Shown here: in pieces, positions 18,960 through 29,260 of the stretch
Layout of the letters: every line of letters starts with the position of its first letter
How positions within the stretch are numbered: the stretch's first letter is position 1
Virus record (IMG/VR): IMGVR_UViG_2791355164_000001
Location: 26,242-90,241 of that record
DNA length: 64,000 nucleotides
Reading direction: 5' to 3' (one strand)
DNA from: a virus
Taxonomy: Duplodnaviria > Caudoviricetes
Translations under genes and position numbers: made by a program
The notes under the pieces: model-generated
Told to the model about the DNA's origin: nothing
Databases searched by the model: none
Seen by the model: only the letters and a program-made list of their open reading frames with translations

Positions 18960-20309
18960 TTATTGCGCCCGAGAGATAAGGTAGCTGTTGAAAGCAGCAG
19001 TTGCCTTATCGTCAATAAGTGAACTCAGGTAGGCAATCAGCATTAGACCGGCAACTGTCAGTACAGTTGCCGTCACAGGAAGAGAAAGGGTAAAAGTGGC
19101 AACGATGGCCGAAAATAAACTTAGCGCAACACTGCCAGCTATACCGGCCAGCACCCAGGATTCCACTTCAAGCATTAATGGTCCCCAGTTGCCGGTTCGA
19201 TAACCCTCCATGCTCTTTTCAGCCACTTTCTGCACTTTTTGAGCCAAGTCGCCAACCTTGAATGCTTTTGCAAGACGACCCATTTTTTTTGCCATATCTG
19301 CAGCGTTGACATGCTGCCAAGCATTCGCCAGAACCTGCGTATCTGCTGCATTAAATCGCATTGCCGGGTTAGCTCTGAGCTGATTAAGTGCATTCATAGC
19401 CTGAGCATATCCGCGTATGTTCTTGCCCTGAAAATTACGCACATTGGAGGCAATGCTAGCCGCTACCTGTTTGTACTTATCTCCGGCATAACTACTCACC
19501 TTTTCACCAACATCAGTGATAAGACCTGCAGCGCTGTTGATCGCTTCAGTGGTTTGTGCGGCTTTGTTTTGTGTAATTGCTTTATCCAGATCTGCCAAAA
19601 CCTCACCGCGCACTTTGTTCAGTTTGTACCTGACTGGATTGTTTACCTGTACAGTATGGCTGTTGCCGTTCCTGCCGCCGCTATCACGAGTCTCTGTAAC
19701 TTTTTCTGGCTGAACGTTGTATGCAGTCTGCCATGCCTCGGCAATTTGCGTGCGTGCAGCAGGCTGCTCACTGAAAGCCAAAGCATCAAAAGAGGCACGG
19801 AGTTGTTTGTAAGAATTAATTTGAGTTGAGGGGGTAACCTTTTGGTTAGGCATTTCGTAATCAGGCACATTTTTGAGAGTGTCTGCAATGGCTGTATTGA
19901 TCAATGCTTCATCTAATCGGCCTTTACTGGACCAGCTTCCACCTGCCAGATAATTTTCAACAACCGTCTGCGCTAATGGTTTACCTCCTGCCGCTTGGTT
20001 AGGAGCAGGGGTACGACGGGCAAGTTCATTTAGGACGCGCGTATAATGAAAGCCGTCGCCTGGAACTTTAACCATTGAAGAGTTTGTTGCGGTCATTCTT
20101 ATGCCATTCATCATGGCATAACCATCAGTGATAGTGATACGGCCCCACGGGGTCATATAGGATGTGCCGGCTTTAACTGATGTTATTTTATCTCCAATAC
20201 TGACACCGCCGTTTACACCGTCACCAGCATTGCTGTGCGTTTCTCCGTGGCCGGGTAACGGGCCGCGCTCAGAACTCCATGGTGTACCATCACCGTATTT
20301 GTTGCTCAT
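18960..20309 (-). CDS. Pore-forming colicin-like bacteriocin
   Basis: C-terminal pore domain (NFQGKNIR, EGYRTGNWGPLMLEVESW, hydrophobic hairpin); N-terminal DGTPWSSE TolB-box-like motif. Confidence 0.9.
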   Translation of the reverse strand: MSNKYGDGTPWSSERGPLPGHGETHSNAGDGVNGGVSIGDKITSVKAGTSYMTPWGRITITDGYAMMNGIRMTATNSSMVKVPGDGFHYTRVLNELARRTPAPNQAAGGKPLAQTVVENYLAGGSWSSKGRLDEALINTAIADTLKNVPDYEMPNQKVTPSTQINSYKQLRASFDALAFSEQPAARTQIAEAWQTAYNVQPEKVTETRDSGGRNGNSHTVQVNNPVRYKLNKVRGEVLADLDKAITQNKAAQTTEAINSAAGLITDVGEKVSSYAGDKYKQVAASIASNVRNFQGKNIRGYAQAMNALNQLRANPAMRFNAADTQVLANAWQHVNAADMAKKMGRLAKAFKVGDLAQKVQKVAEKSMEGYRTGNWGPLMLEVESWVLAGIAGSVALSLFSAIVATFTLSLPVTATVLTVAGLMLIAYLSSLIDDKATAAFNSYLISRAQ

Positions 20310-20770
20310 TAAAACCCCTTTCTAAAATAAATTAAAAAATCCTAACGAGTGCAAATTTATATTATCACTCCGTTTTAATTAAGTACAAATGGTTAAACGG
20401 ACTTTTACCACTATTCTTAATAATTCGATGATTTATAAAATTTATCTTCTATACCAGTTTCCACTGGTTATTAAATTTTATTGGATGCTAATGTTCCTAT
20501 ATGAGCTTTTTTGTATTGTTGGTGTGTTTTTTGGTTGTTATTGGAAATAACGGTTAACTTATTTTTATATTGCTATATAACCAACGGTTGTGGCTGGTTA
20601 GGCAAAGAGTTGCCTGCCTTTGATTTTTAGCTGGCAAAGATCACTACAAGCATTGCTAAGCAGCGGCTGCTGTCAGGCCAGCCGCACGGGTTTTCATGCG
20701 AGCGCGATGTTCAATGGGGGGAAGCCTGTTCTTATTTTTTTAGGGTTGCAATGCTATTTGGTTCTGATGA

Positions 20771-21322
20771 TCAGGCGCTGCGGCGGCGTTCTATCAGCAT
20801 ATGCGCCATAGATTCCACTTCCTCAAAATCCCTTGAGGCTGCGGTTCTCAGTATCAGATTCCATTTGCTGAGTGTGCGCGCATTTTTAGCCAGATCACTT
20901 CCTGCTTTCACACGTCCGCTTTCTTCCAGCCAGGCGGCTACTTCTGACCAGTCCCAAAGGGGAGACTGACCCTTTATGCGCTGGACAGGGCAGGGGAAAT
21001 TGCCGTTGCCGCGCGTGCCGTCTTTGAGCATGGCGATTGCCTGGCGTGACATTTCGGTGTTCTCTGCAATGTCGCTCAGTCCCACCAGCGCCGAATCGAC
21101 AGACGCCACTACAGCGCCGATTCCGGCTGATTCAACGTTTTCAACCGCTGACATAATGGCTTCATGCAGGGATTCTGCTTCGCGGTCAAACTCCAGATAA
21201 ACGGCGTGGCCATATGCGCAAATCAGCGCATCATCACAGCCGCTTTCAAACAGCGCATCTTCCAGTCCTTCGGTCTCATACGTTACGCCTGAGAGTGTCA
21301 GAGTGAAGTTATAAAGCGCCAT
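20771..21322 (-). CDS. HicB-like/HTH DNA-binding protein (putative antitoxin)
   Basis: FDREAESLHEAI N-domain, LVGLSDIAE...SRQAI HTH, PLWDWSEV. Confidence 0.6.
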   Translation of the reverse strand: MALYNFTLTLSGVTYETEGLEDALFESGCDDALICAYGHAVYLEFDREAESLHEAIMSAVENVESAGIGAVVASVDSALVGLSDIAENTEMSRQAIAMLKDGTRGNGNFPCPVQRIKGQSPLWDWSEVAAWLEESGRVKAGSDLAKNARTLSKWNLILRTAASRDFEEVESMAHMLIERRRSA

Positions 21323-21392
21323 AGTACCTCTTCTTTTTCGTGGGTGTGTAACTCGGTAAAGAGCGGCGTTAACCACTCTTTACCGGGCAAAA

Positions 21393-21617
21393 TCATGTGC
21401 AGTGATCGACCTTGCGCCTGATTTGCTTCGCGTGGTTCTCCGGGCTTCGCGGAGTAGACCACACACTCATTTGATGATCTCGGTGTTCATCTTCTGGATT
21501 ACCGCAGCGCAGCTTGCAAAAGCAGTGAGCTGAATCGCCCGGTGGAACCCAAACCCAGCCTTTCGTTAACGCATAATCAATGGCTGCTTGAATATGCTTG
21601 TTCGGATGTTTCTTCAT
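21393..21617 (-). CDS. HicA-like small protein (putative toxin)
   Basis: GW...SAH...SVWSTP pattern; upstream of HicB-like gene. Confidence 0.55.
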   Translation of the reverse strand: MKKHPNKHIQAAIDYALTKGWVWVPPGDSAHCFCKLRCGNPEDEHRDHQMSVWSTPRSPENHAKQIRRKVDHCT

Positions 21618-21857
21618 TCTCCTCCGAATAATAGTATTCTATTCTCCGTGTTGACATCCGTCAACGGCGGTGACTCTATCCGTTGATGCCCGCACCCCTA
21701 ATTACCTGGTCACATGCTGCTGACTGCCAGCCCGGACTAACAACAAGATAATCCATTTTGATTGTATTGACAAGCAAAAGGTTTGTCTGTACATTACACC
21801 TCATGGCGCAACGTTGCGTCGTCGCCCTGGCGCACCAGGCATTTAAGGAACTTCTTC

Positions 21858-22538
21858 ATGACTCACGCACCAATGACTTCTACCGCTGCTATCCAGCATA
21901 TGTCCCACACTTTGACCGGCGCGATTGCTCAGAGCCACCAGCCTGGCTTTATCGCTGCTGAAGCGTATACGGATATCAAAACCAACTACGAGCTGGTGGC
22001 CTCCAGCTGTACAGACCTGGCAACCGTCGTCTGGCTGCGTAACAACATCTGCTTTGGTTACATAGGCGATGACTGCACCTTTGAAGAGGTCAATCTCACA
22101 TACCGCGATCACTATGACTTCATCCTAAAGTCCGGCTGGCGTCCGGGTACTGCACCTGCGAATAAGCTGGTACTCAGCAATATGTATGAACTGGACTGGT
22201 GGGAGCCACAGGATATCGTGGTAACAGGCCACACTGACACTGAAGTAAGCGGCACTGCCACCATGATAGACAGTGAGGGCGAGTATCAATTCGCGTTTGA
22301 GTGGACGATGATCATGGGCGAAGAGGCCGAGCAGTACGATATACCGTTTATGGTTAACATCACGGCAGCACGCTTTACCCTGCCGTATGAGTTCTCGCTC
22401 TACGAGTGCGACGGAACCCCGCTTGATGCACTGACGGCCTTGCAGGAAATGGATTGCGCCCTGGGATTTTGTGTAGAGTCTTTCCTGGACGTTTACAAAC
22501 AATACGCTCCGGCTGAAGGAGCCACTGACAGAGGTTAA
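21858..22538 (+). CDS. Hypothetical acidic protein
   Basis: AAGGA RBS; long ORF. Confidence 0.6.
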   Translation: MTHAPMTSTAAIQHMSHTLTGAIAQSHQPGFIAAEAYTDIKTNYELVASSCTDLATVVWLRNNICFGYIGDDCTFEEVNLTYRDHYDFILKSGWRPGTAPANKLVLSNMYELDWWEPQDIVVTGHTDTEVSGTATMIDSEGEYQFAFEWTMIMGEEAEQYDIPFMVNITAARFTLPYEFSLYECDGTPLDALTALQEMDCALGFCVESFLDVYKQYAPAEGATDRG

Positions 22539-22540
22539 TC

Positions 22541-22750
22541 ATGACCGATAAAGCACGCGACCCACGGGCTTTAAACTCAGTTAAGGGAGACGTCCCGGCG
22601 ACGTCTCAGATTCAGATGCGCGTTACGCCTGACATTAAAGCCCGCTATGTCAATCAGGCACGGCAGGAAGGTATGAAGCTGTCAGAGTGGATTCAGCATC
22701 ATCTTAATGCGGTATGTCAGGCGGCAGACGACGCAAAGCAACAGGATTAG
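22541..22750 (+). CDS. Ribbon-helix-helix DNA-binding protein
   Basis: IQMRVTPDIKARYVNQARQEGMKLSEWI. Confidence 0.65.
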   Translation: MTDKARDPRALNSVKGDVPATSQIQMRVTPDIKARYVNQARQEGMKLSEWIQHHLNAVCQAADDAKQQD

Positions 22751-22757
22751 AACATCA

Positions 22758-23066
22758 GTGATCAAACAGGAAATCAGGGAGCTTTTTCTGGCGCACGGCT
22801 TCAAGATGGAGCCGCAACCTGACGGCAGTACCGATTTTGACCCGGCGTATTACAGCGTCGCTCAGGCGCTCGCAGAGCGTTTTAATGATATTTACGGGCA
22901 ACCAGTAGGAAACGTGGAGATCGCCGCTGCTGGTGGCGCAGAGGCACGGACAGTGCCGCTTTTTTACGATAAGGCAGCGAGTATTGAGTTTCCCGTGTAT
23001 GTCATGCGTGAGCCGTCCCAAAAGCCCGCGCTGGCCACCAGCAACAATCCGGCGTTCGTGCGCTGA
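22758..23066 (+). CDS. Hypothetical phage protein
   Basis: IRELFLAHGFK.EPQPDG motif typical of phage proteins. Confidence 0.55.
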   Translation: MIKQEIRELFLAHGFKMEPQPDGSTDFDPAYYSVAQALAERFNDIYGQPVGNVEIAAAGGAEARTVPLFYDKAASIEFPVYVMREPSQKPALATSNNPAFVR

Positions 23067-23428
23067 TGGACGAACGACTAAGGCAGTACGGCTGGTGCTC
23101 GTTTGAGGGCTGGCCGGAAAGTGAAGTGCGCGATTTTCTTATCACCAAATGCCATATACTCCACGCCCGCCAGCTACCCGACGGCAGCTGGTGCGGGCTG
23201 CTGCAGCTGCTGTACACGCTCAGCGTCTGCATGGGGATCACGCCCACTGACGCTTACGTGTACCGCTGGTGCTTTGAAGATCCGAAAGAGGCGGCACACT
23301 TCTATAAAACCGCCGTGGAGTATGACGAAATCCCGGTGCGCCGGGAGTCGCTGGTGGGGCATCGGCACACGACAGGCATTCCGCTTTACGTGGAATTTGA
23401 CCAGCTCGGTCTGCCAAAGTGGCGTTAA
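23066..23428 (+). CDS. Hypothetical phage protein
   Basis: Coupled ORF, 120 aa. Confidence 0.55.
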   Translation: MDERLRQYGWCSFEGWPESEVRDFLITKCHILHARQLPDGSWCGLLQLLYTLSVCMGITPTDAYVYRWCFEDPKEAAHFYKTAVEYDEIPVRRESLVGHRHTTGIPLYVEFDQLGLPKWR

Positions 23429-23500
23429 CACCTTTTTACTGACCACCAGCTACCCGGTTGGTGTCAGTGTTTCAATAACAGCAATACAGAATGGTAAAAA

Positions 23501-23932
23501 ATGGAAATCAGGATTAAATGCCCGCACTGCGGATCAGGGAGCGTCAAAAAGAGCAGGGCGGTTTATGAGCAGGGAACCTCAAAGACGCGCAGCGTGAGCC
23601 ACACGGGCTGGATCTCAAATCGGGGATCGGGCGGCAGCAGGCGGCAGGGCAAATCAACGCGCCAGTCAGTAGCCGCATCGCGGAACGCACCAACCGGGGG
23701 AGGATTGGAAGGCATGGCTTTTGTCGGTTCATTCTTCCTGTTTACCTGGCTGGCTCTCTACATACCGGCAACCACGCTTATGATCTCGTTAATCATGGGC
23801 TTTATTCTTTCGTTGTTGTTTACAGCGCTGGTGGCTCACCTGAACCGGCACAACCGGCGCAGGGCGCGGGAAGATTACGAAAGGCAGTGGTATTGCAGCA
23901 AATGCGGCGACACATTTTTACGTGGTAGCTAA
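23501..23932 (+). CDS. Zn-ribbon membrane protein
   Basis: CPHCGS at N-terminus, two TM helices, CSKCG at C-terminus. Confidence 0.65.
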   Translation: MEIRIKCPHCGSGSVKKSRAVYEQGTSKTRSVSHTGWISNRGSGGSRRQGKSTRQSVAASRNAPTGGGLEGMAFVGSFFLFTWLALYIPATTLMISLIMGFILSLLFTALVAHLNRHNRRRAREDYERQWYCSKCGDTFLRGS

Positions 23933-24078
23933 TCCAGAGCATTAAATTGGCTTTGATATAGTTACCCATATCAATTAAATCAGGCGCTTAGTGCGCCTTT
24001 TCTATGGTTGCTCTTGGTGTATCGCATCCCTAGAATGCGGCCACCTTTACGTTTATCAGACAATCCTCATACGGACTC

Positions 24079-25155
24079 ATGACACAACAGCTCAAATCTA
24101 TTCAGGCGCTGCGCGGGCTTGCCTGCCTTGCCGTCGTAACTTTTCATTTTCGCTATCAGATCAAAACGCAATATCCGGCGTTAACCAAAGTGCTTTCAAC
24201 CGGCGCTATTGGCGTGGATCTGTTTTTCATCCTCAGTGGCTTTGTTATTACGCTCTCCGTGTCGCGCATGGGTACAGGGTTCGCGGCAGCGGGTGACTTC
24301 CTGAAACGCCGTGCGCTGCGCCTGCTGCCCGCCTATTTCATTCTGCTGCTGATCAACTTCCTGTTAAGCGGGGCTATGGCGACGTTCCACTATGCGGATA
24401 AGACTCAGGCGCTGATTAGTGCGGCAACGCTCTCCGTCTACCTGCCGCAGCACGCGCCGTTTTACGTGGACGACGGCGGGTTTATGAACGTGCGCTGGAC
24501 GCTCAACTATGAGTTTCTGTTTTACCTGATGATGGCCGTATGCCTGCTGGTGCGCGCACGCTGGGTGGCGCTGGCCGCAATGCTGGGCGCGGCGCTGGTG
24601 GCGGCACCAATGGCAGCAGGCCACCAGCCGACGCTGCTGGTGCATGGCTACGATATGGGTTACGCCTACCTGAACCTGATGACCAATCCGATTATCTGGC
24701 AGTTTGCCGCGGGCGTGCTGATTGGCCTGGTTTACCCGTACATGGCGCGCCTGCCGGTGGCAACCCGTGTGCCGTTCCTGCTGGCAGCGGTTGCCCTGTT
24801 TGTGCAGCACATTATCAGCCACCAGCATATCGGGCATGGTCTGATGGCGTCTGGTACCGTGCTGGCGCTGCTGCTGGCCGCTGTGGCGTTCAATGACAGC
24901 TGGTTAGGACGCATCACGCCGCGCTGGCTGGTATTCCTGGGGGATATCTCTTTCTCCGTATACCTGATCCATATCGTGACCAAAGATCGGTTATCAAAAT
25001 CCTTCACGGATCAGGGTATGACGTTCTTCGTGTGCAACGTCCTGCTGGCACTGCTGGTGGGCTGGCTCAGCTACCGCTACATTGAGCCAATTGGCCAGAA
25101 GATAGCGCGCCGGCGCAGAGAGAAAGCGCTCCGTACCGTAAGCGATGCCGCATAA
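24079..25155 (+). CDS. Acyltransferase-3 (OafA-like) membrane acyltransferase
   Basis: IQALRGLA, GVDLFFILSGFV, RRALRL, WTLNYE, LGDISFSVYLIH, YRYIE. Confidence 0.9.
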   Translation: MTQQLKSIQALRGLACLAVVTFHFRYQIKTQYPALTKVLSTGAIGVDLFFILSGFVITLSVSRMGTGFAAAGDFLKRRALRLLPAYFILLLINFLLSGAMATFHYADKTQALISAATLSVYLPQHAPFYVDDGGFMNVRWTLNYEFLFYLMMAVCLLVRARWVALAAMLGAALVAAPMAAGHQPTLLVHGYDMGYAYLNLMTNPIIWQFAAGVLIGLVYPYMARLPVATRVPFLLAAVALFVQHIISHQHIGHGLMASGTVLALLLAAVAFNDSWLGRITPRWLVFLGDISFSVYLIHIVTKDRLSKSFTDQGMTFFVCNVLLALLVGWLSYRYIEPIGQKIARRRREKALRTVSDAA

Positions 25156-25231
25156 CCCCGCAACCCTTCTGCCGCAAGGTTTCAGGCCTGTCAGCTATAC
25201 TTAGTGGACAGGCTCAACAGAGGAGTAAGCG

Positions 25232-25438
25232 ATGAAATGTCCGACATGCGGTGCAGAGGCTTTTGTTTACGACACGCGCGACGTCCAGCTGAATACGGGC
25301 AACCCGGATGACATTGTAGAGGATGTGAAAGGGAGTCATTGCCTGGCCTGCGGAGAGGTGATCGTGGATATGTCAGAGGCCGATTCTTTCATGCGAAAGA
25401 TCAGCGCGCTGGAAGCTGCAGCGGCACACAATCATTGA
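25232..25438 (+). CDS. Stand-alone MqsA/YgiT-type Zn-finger protein
   Basis: MKCPTCG...DTRD...V.G..CLACGE; no C-terminal HTH. Confidence 0.7.
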   Translation: MKCPTCGAEAFVYDTRDVQLNTGNPDDIVEDVKGSHCLACGEVIVDMSEADSFMRKISALEAAAAHNH

Positions 25439-25820
25439 CTCAACAGCCCGCATCGAGCGGGCTTTTTACTTGCGCGCACTGGCCGTCATTCACCAGCTGT
25501 CTACAATCGCTCAAAATAATATGCCCGAACAGAGTTAGCCTTTCATCTCAATTAGCGTTAATGGCGTTCCTGATTGCACGCGCCTGCCTACCCCATTCAT
25601 CCCGGTCATTCCATGTGCCGGAGCCACAGCCGCCTAATGCCGCTGGTGATGACAACAGAGGTACACGGGTGCAGTTTATAGTGAATAGTGAATAGTGAAA
25701 CGGTGGCGTTTGAGGACGATTCTTATGCAGCAGCAACGATGTTTATCGACACTATGACGCACTGGGATAAAGATACTTATCACTATTATTCAATGATATT
25801 AGCTGATCTAGAACAGCCAT

Positions 25821-26450
25821 TTACTGGGGCTGTTTTAGGTCGTTTGTGTTGCCTGTATCAGTTACACCCGGTATTGGCGATGAAGGAATTAATGAATCTA
25901 TAGCATTTTTCATCGCATCACGGGCTGTATCGCGAATGCCTGGTTTTGCGATTGAAATAATGCCAACCAGAACAATGGTTGTGACCACTGTAGCGAGTAG
26001 ACCAGAAATACCGCCTCCTATCCAACCTAAGAACCAGTAACCAAGTCGCTTCGCTAAATGCGGCTTTGTTAAATGTGCGCTATATGCAGCAGCATTATCG
26101 CCCCATTCAACCCATTTTTTTCTTATTTCTGCTTCATGGGACGCTTCCATAGCTGATATCCGCTGATCATAAACGTGACCAACGCCCTCACTAACTGTCA
26201 AAATCAGTTGGTCTACAGTTCTCCGCGCTTTGCCACGGTAATCATCTAGCTGGCGTTCGGAATGGGCGATACCATCATGAAAGCTTTCAAGTTCTGTATT
26301 AACCTGAGCATCAGTCATTCCACGAGTACGGCATTGGTTAGCGCGATCATCTTTGTCGGCTTTATACATTGCATAGGCTATCAACTGTAAGGGATCGTTA
26401 GAATCTTTAACGAGCTCAGTGAACACCCATTTCTTTGGCTGCGTTGTCAT
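25821..26450 (-). CDS. Hypothetical membrane-anchored protein
   Basis: LIAYAMYK helical N-domain, one C-terminal TM segment. Confidence 0.65.
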   Translation of the reverse strand: MTTQPKKWVFTELVKDSNDPLQLIAYAMYKADKDDRANQCRTRGMTDAQVNTELESFHDGIAHSERQLDDYRGKARRTVDQLILTVSEGVGHVYDQRISAMEASHEAEIRKKWVEWGDNAAAYSAHLTKPHLAKRLGYWFLGWIGGGISGLLATVVTTIVLVGIISIAKPGIRDTARDAMKNAIDSLIPSSPIPGVTDTGNTNDLKQPQ

Positions 26451-26504
26451 TTCTCACCACAAAATAAAACGCCCCAACTAAGGGGCGTCCAAAAAATTTT
26501 ATTT

Positions 26505-26810
26505 TTAGCCTTTGCGGGCTTTGTTAAAGGCTTCTTTGAAGAAGTCCCGCCCTTCTGACTGCGATAAGACTGAACCCGCAAGTGCCTTTTGCACTTCGGA
26601 AGCGCTTGTGCTTGCCAGCACTTTAGTTGCCAGGTAAATGACCGCTTTGCCGCCTTTAGCATGGCGGTGCGCGTGTCGTCTCGGCTTATGTGCACCGGAT
26701 TTTCCTACTTTTGTCGTAGTAATTCTCTGGCGGGCTACATCCGCAACGGCTTTTTCGCCGATGCTGCGTATCTCTTCAGCTGTAAGCGCAGGCATGCGAT
26801 ATGTGGTCAT
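26505..26810 (-). CDS. Hypothetical basic protein
   Basis: GGAGGT RBS; upstream of membrane protein gene. Confidence 0.55.
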   Translation of the reverse strand: MTTYRMPALTAEEIRSIGEKAVADVARQRITTTKVGKSGAHKPRRHAHRHAKGGKAVIYLATKVLASTSASEVQKALAGSVLSQSEGRDFFKEAFNKARKG

Positions 26811-27228
26811 AATTTATACCTCCGTATAGACACTGAGTGTATATCGACCCAAAACCATTTGCATTAAATTAGACAATAGAATTTACAGCTAGCAGCGCAT
26901 TTCCTACTTGTCGAAGCAGGTACGCGCACCATAATGGCCTGATGATGCTCTCACAGTGGCTGGTGGACGCAGAGAAAGAGCGTGACACGCTGTGGGCGGA
27001 AGATCACCGCCTGCGGTCAGGCGGCAACGTTCACTGTAATCAGTGCATAAGCTGTAGTGAGTGAGTTAGAGCCAATAAAAAAGCCCCTTAACGGGGCTTT
27101 TGAGTAAGAGCTAATGGCAACGGGTAAGAAATTTGCCTTGTAAAATTAGCAAATCCTTAGAATTTAGAAAGATATTTAAACCCAGCACCGCACCACCTGG
27201 CGCATAGCCTGACAGGCGTTACCGGGGC

Positions 27229-28029
27229 TTATTCCGCTGCCGCCGGCGCAGCCTCTGACGCTGTGGCCACCAGCTCCGGGTCGGGCTGCAGGGCGTCAGT
27301 TTTCGCCTTTCCCTGCGCGATAGTGCGCAGCAGCTGCGCTTTTTCAACCGCTTCCTGCACCAGATCCTGATCCATACCCACTACAGCATATTTATCCAAG
27401 CCTTCCATGCGGTAACGGTCGAGCTCCGGCACGAACTGCAGCATGTTCTTTTCGTTATCCGGCGTCAGGTAGACCAGCTGCCCCTGCGCGTCCGCGCCGG
27501 CAGGGAACAGCACCCAGGCACGCTGGCCCACACCCAGGACCTGCAGGAACAGCAGGGCAACCGCCAGCGGCAGGGACTGCGACGCGCAGCTGACGTGCTG
27601 CTGCCTGTTTACCAGCAGGCCGTGGCTCTGCACGTCATACGGGTTAAAGCGGGAAACGGTCTCCGCGCGCCACTGGCCCGTCAGGGAGCCCGACACAAAC
27701 GCCTCGCCGGTTACGTTCATTGGCAGCTGGCTCATGAGGTGCTGCGCTAAGCTGTGATCCATTGACGGCATCAGCAGGCGGGCGCCCGTTTTCTCATTGA
27801 TGGCTTTCACCGCTGCAGCGCGTTCTTCGTCGTGCGCCGGCAGCGACTGCTCATGCGCCAGCCAGAACGATTTATCGTCATTTTCATGGCTCCAGACGGT
27901 AACGCCTTCAACGTTCTGCGGCGTAAAGCCCATCGTGGCCAGCAGGGCGATTTCCAGATCGGCAGGGCTGATCTCGCCTTTCTCGTTAAGCTCAATGGAC
28001 GTTTTGCTGCTGAGAATATATTTGGTCAT
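27229..28029 (-). CDS. Hypothetical phage protein
   Basis: 266 aa ORF downstream of dut. Confidence 0.65.
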   Translation of the reverse strand: MTKYILSSKTSIELNEKGEISPADLEIALLATMGFTPQNVEGVTVWSHENDDKSFWLAHEQSLPAHDEERAAAVKAINEKTGARLLMPSMDHSLAQHLMSQLPMNVTGEAFVSGSLTGQWRAETVSRFNPYDVQSHGLLVNRQQHVSCASQSLPLAVALLFLQVLGVGQRAWVLFPAGADAQGQLVYLTPDNEKNMLQFVPELDRYRMEGLDKYAVVGMDQDLVQEAVEKAQLLRTIAQGKAKTDALQPDPELVATASEAAPAAAE

Positions 28030-28038
28030 GGTCTGGCC

Positions 28039-28683
28039 TTACTTGCTGGTGGTTTTCTTGGTAGTCGTGGTGGTCTTGGTCTCTTCAGCTGGCTCAGCAT
28101 CCGACGACTCTGCAGGGGCATCCTGCGACGTTACAGGCACGTCGATTGGTGCTGGCTCCTGCGAAACTGTTGCGGTGCTGTCGTCGGCCGGCGTGCTGTC
28201 GGCAGTAGGCGTCGGATCGGTTTCCGCCGGGGTGGTGGAGCCAAAGCCGTTGTCGCCGCGGTCGGTTTCGGACAGTTCATCAACTTCTGTCCAGGTGACT
28301 GGCTCCACCTTCTCAATCACAGCCTGCGCAATGACCATGCCCGCCTTCGGCTCGATGGCCAGACCGCCTTCGTCGGCAATCATGCGCAGCTTGATCTCGC
28401 CGCGGTAGTCGCTGTCGATGATGGCCACGCAGTTGGACGGGCGCAGGAAGTTAGCGGTACCCAGCCCTGAACGCGCGTAAATCTTCATGCAGTAGCCCTC
28501 GGGGATCTCCACGGCCAGCCCGGTAGTGATCCACCACGCGCGCGGCTGGCGGGCGCCGCCCTGCGTCTGTACAACGTTTAGTTTTACGTCCAGCGCGGTG
28601 ATATCCCACGCTGCAGCGCCTTTTGAGCCACGGAAAGGCAGAACGGCATCAGGGGTGAGGCGTTTAATCTTTACTTCAGGCAT
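28039..28683 (-). CDS. dut: dUTPase with low-complexity C-terminal tail
   Basis: AAAWD, ARSGL, IIDSDYRGE, IAQ, RGDNGFGST motifs. Confidence 0.92.
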   Translation of the reverse strand: MPEVKIKRLTPDAVLPFRGSKGAAAWDITALDVKLNVVQTQGGARQPRAWWITTGLAVEIPEGYCMKIYARSGLGTANFLRPSNCVAIIDSDYRGEIKLRMIADEGGLAIEPKAGMVIAQAVIEKVEPVTWTEVDELSETDRGDNGFGSTTPAETDPTPTADSTPADDSTATVSQEPAPIDVPVTSQDAPAESSDAEPAEETKTTTTTKKTTSK

Positions 28684-28686
28684 GAC

Positions 28687-29160
28687 TTACTCCGGGTTTT
28701 TAAAGGTGTAGTGGCGACGGGTGCGGTGCGAGTTTTCCTCAACGGGAACGTCGCGGTATTCCACCAGCCCGCGCTCAATGAGTTTTCTGGCTGACTGCAG
28801 GAACAGGGGATGACTGACGGCAAATTCTTTGCGCATATCGTTGGCGGTAATGAATTTACGATCGTTGAGCAGCATCAGAATGGCATGTTCGATCTTTCCC
28901 ATTCTCATAGGCGTCAGGCTGACGGCAAAAGAAGGGCGCATGGCCAGCGAGTATTCGCCGTCAATAGAGCGCTCAGCCAGGCCGACTTTACACAGGTCCA
29001 GCAGCGTTCCCCGGATGACGTGCGTTTCGGTGCCGGGAAGGGCGCGCGTAAAGCGCCGGCGCGTCGCGGTGCGCTCCTCTTTCAGCAGCAGCAGCACAGC
29101 CTTTGCCGTCTCCGGATAGCGCGCACGAAAAATTTTAAGTTTCGGTAAAATATGCTTCAA
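28687..29160 (-). CDS. Putative tandem winged-helix DNA-binding protein
   Basis: Two wHTH-like segments (LCKVGLAER, LIERGLVEY). Confidence 0.5.
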   Translation of the reverse strand: MKHILPKLKIFRARYPETAKAVLLLLKEERTATRRRFTRALPGTETHVIRGTLLDLCKVGLAERSIDGEYSLAMRPSFAVSLTPMRMGKIEHAILMLLNDRKFITANDMRKEFAVSHPLFLQSARKLIERGLVEYRDVPVEENSHRTRRHYTFKNPE

Positions 29161-29260
29161 AGTTCTGTTATCCTCGCCAGTGGTTTATTTCAGAAGTCCA
29201 CGTCCAATGGTTATGAGTAAACCAAAGGAATAAGGGAGCCAGCGATGGCTCCCTTTTTCT

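Noticed and set aside
20310-20620. SOS box or lysis gene for the colicin
   Set aside because: No CTGT-N8-ACAG or lipoprotein ORF found by eye.
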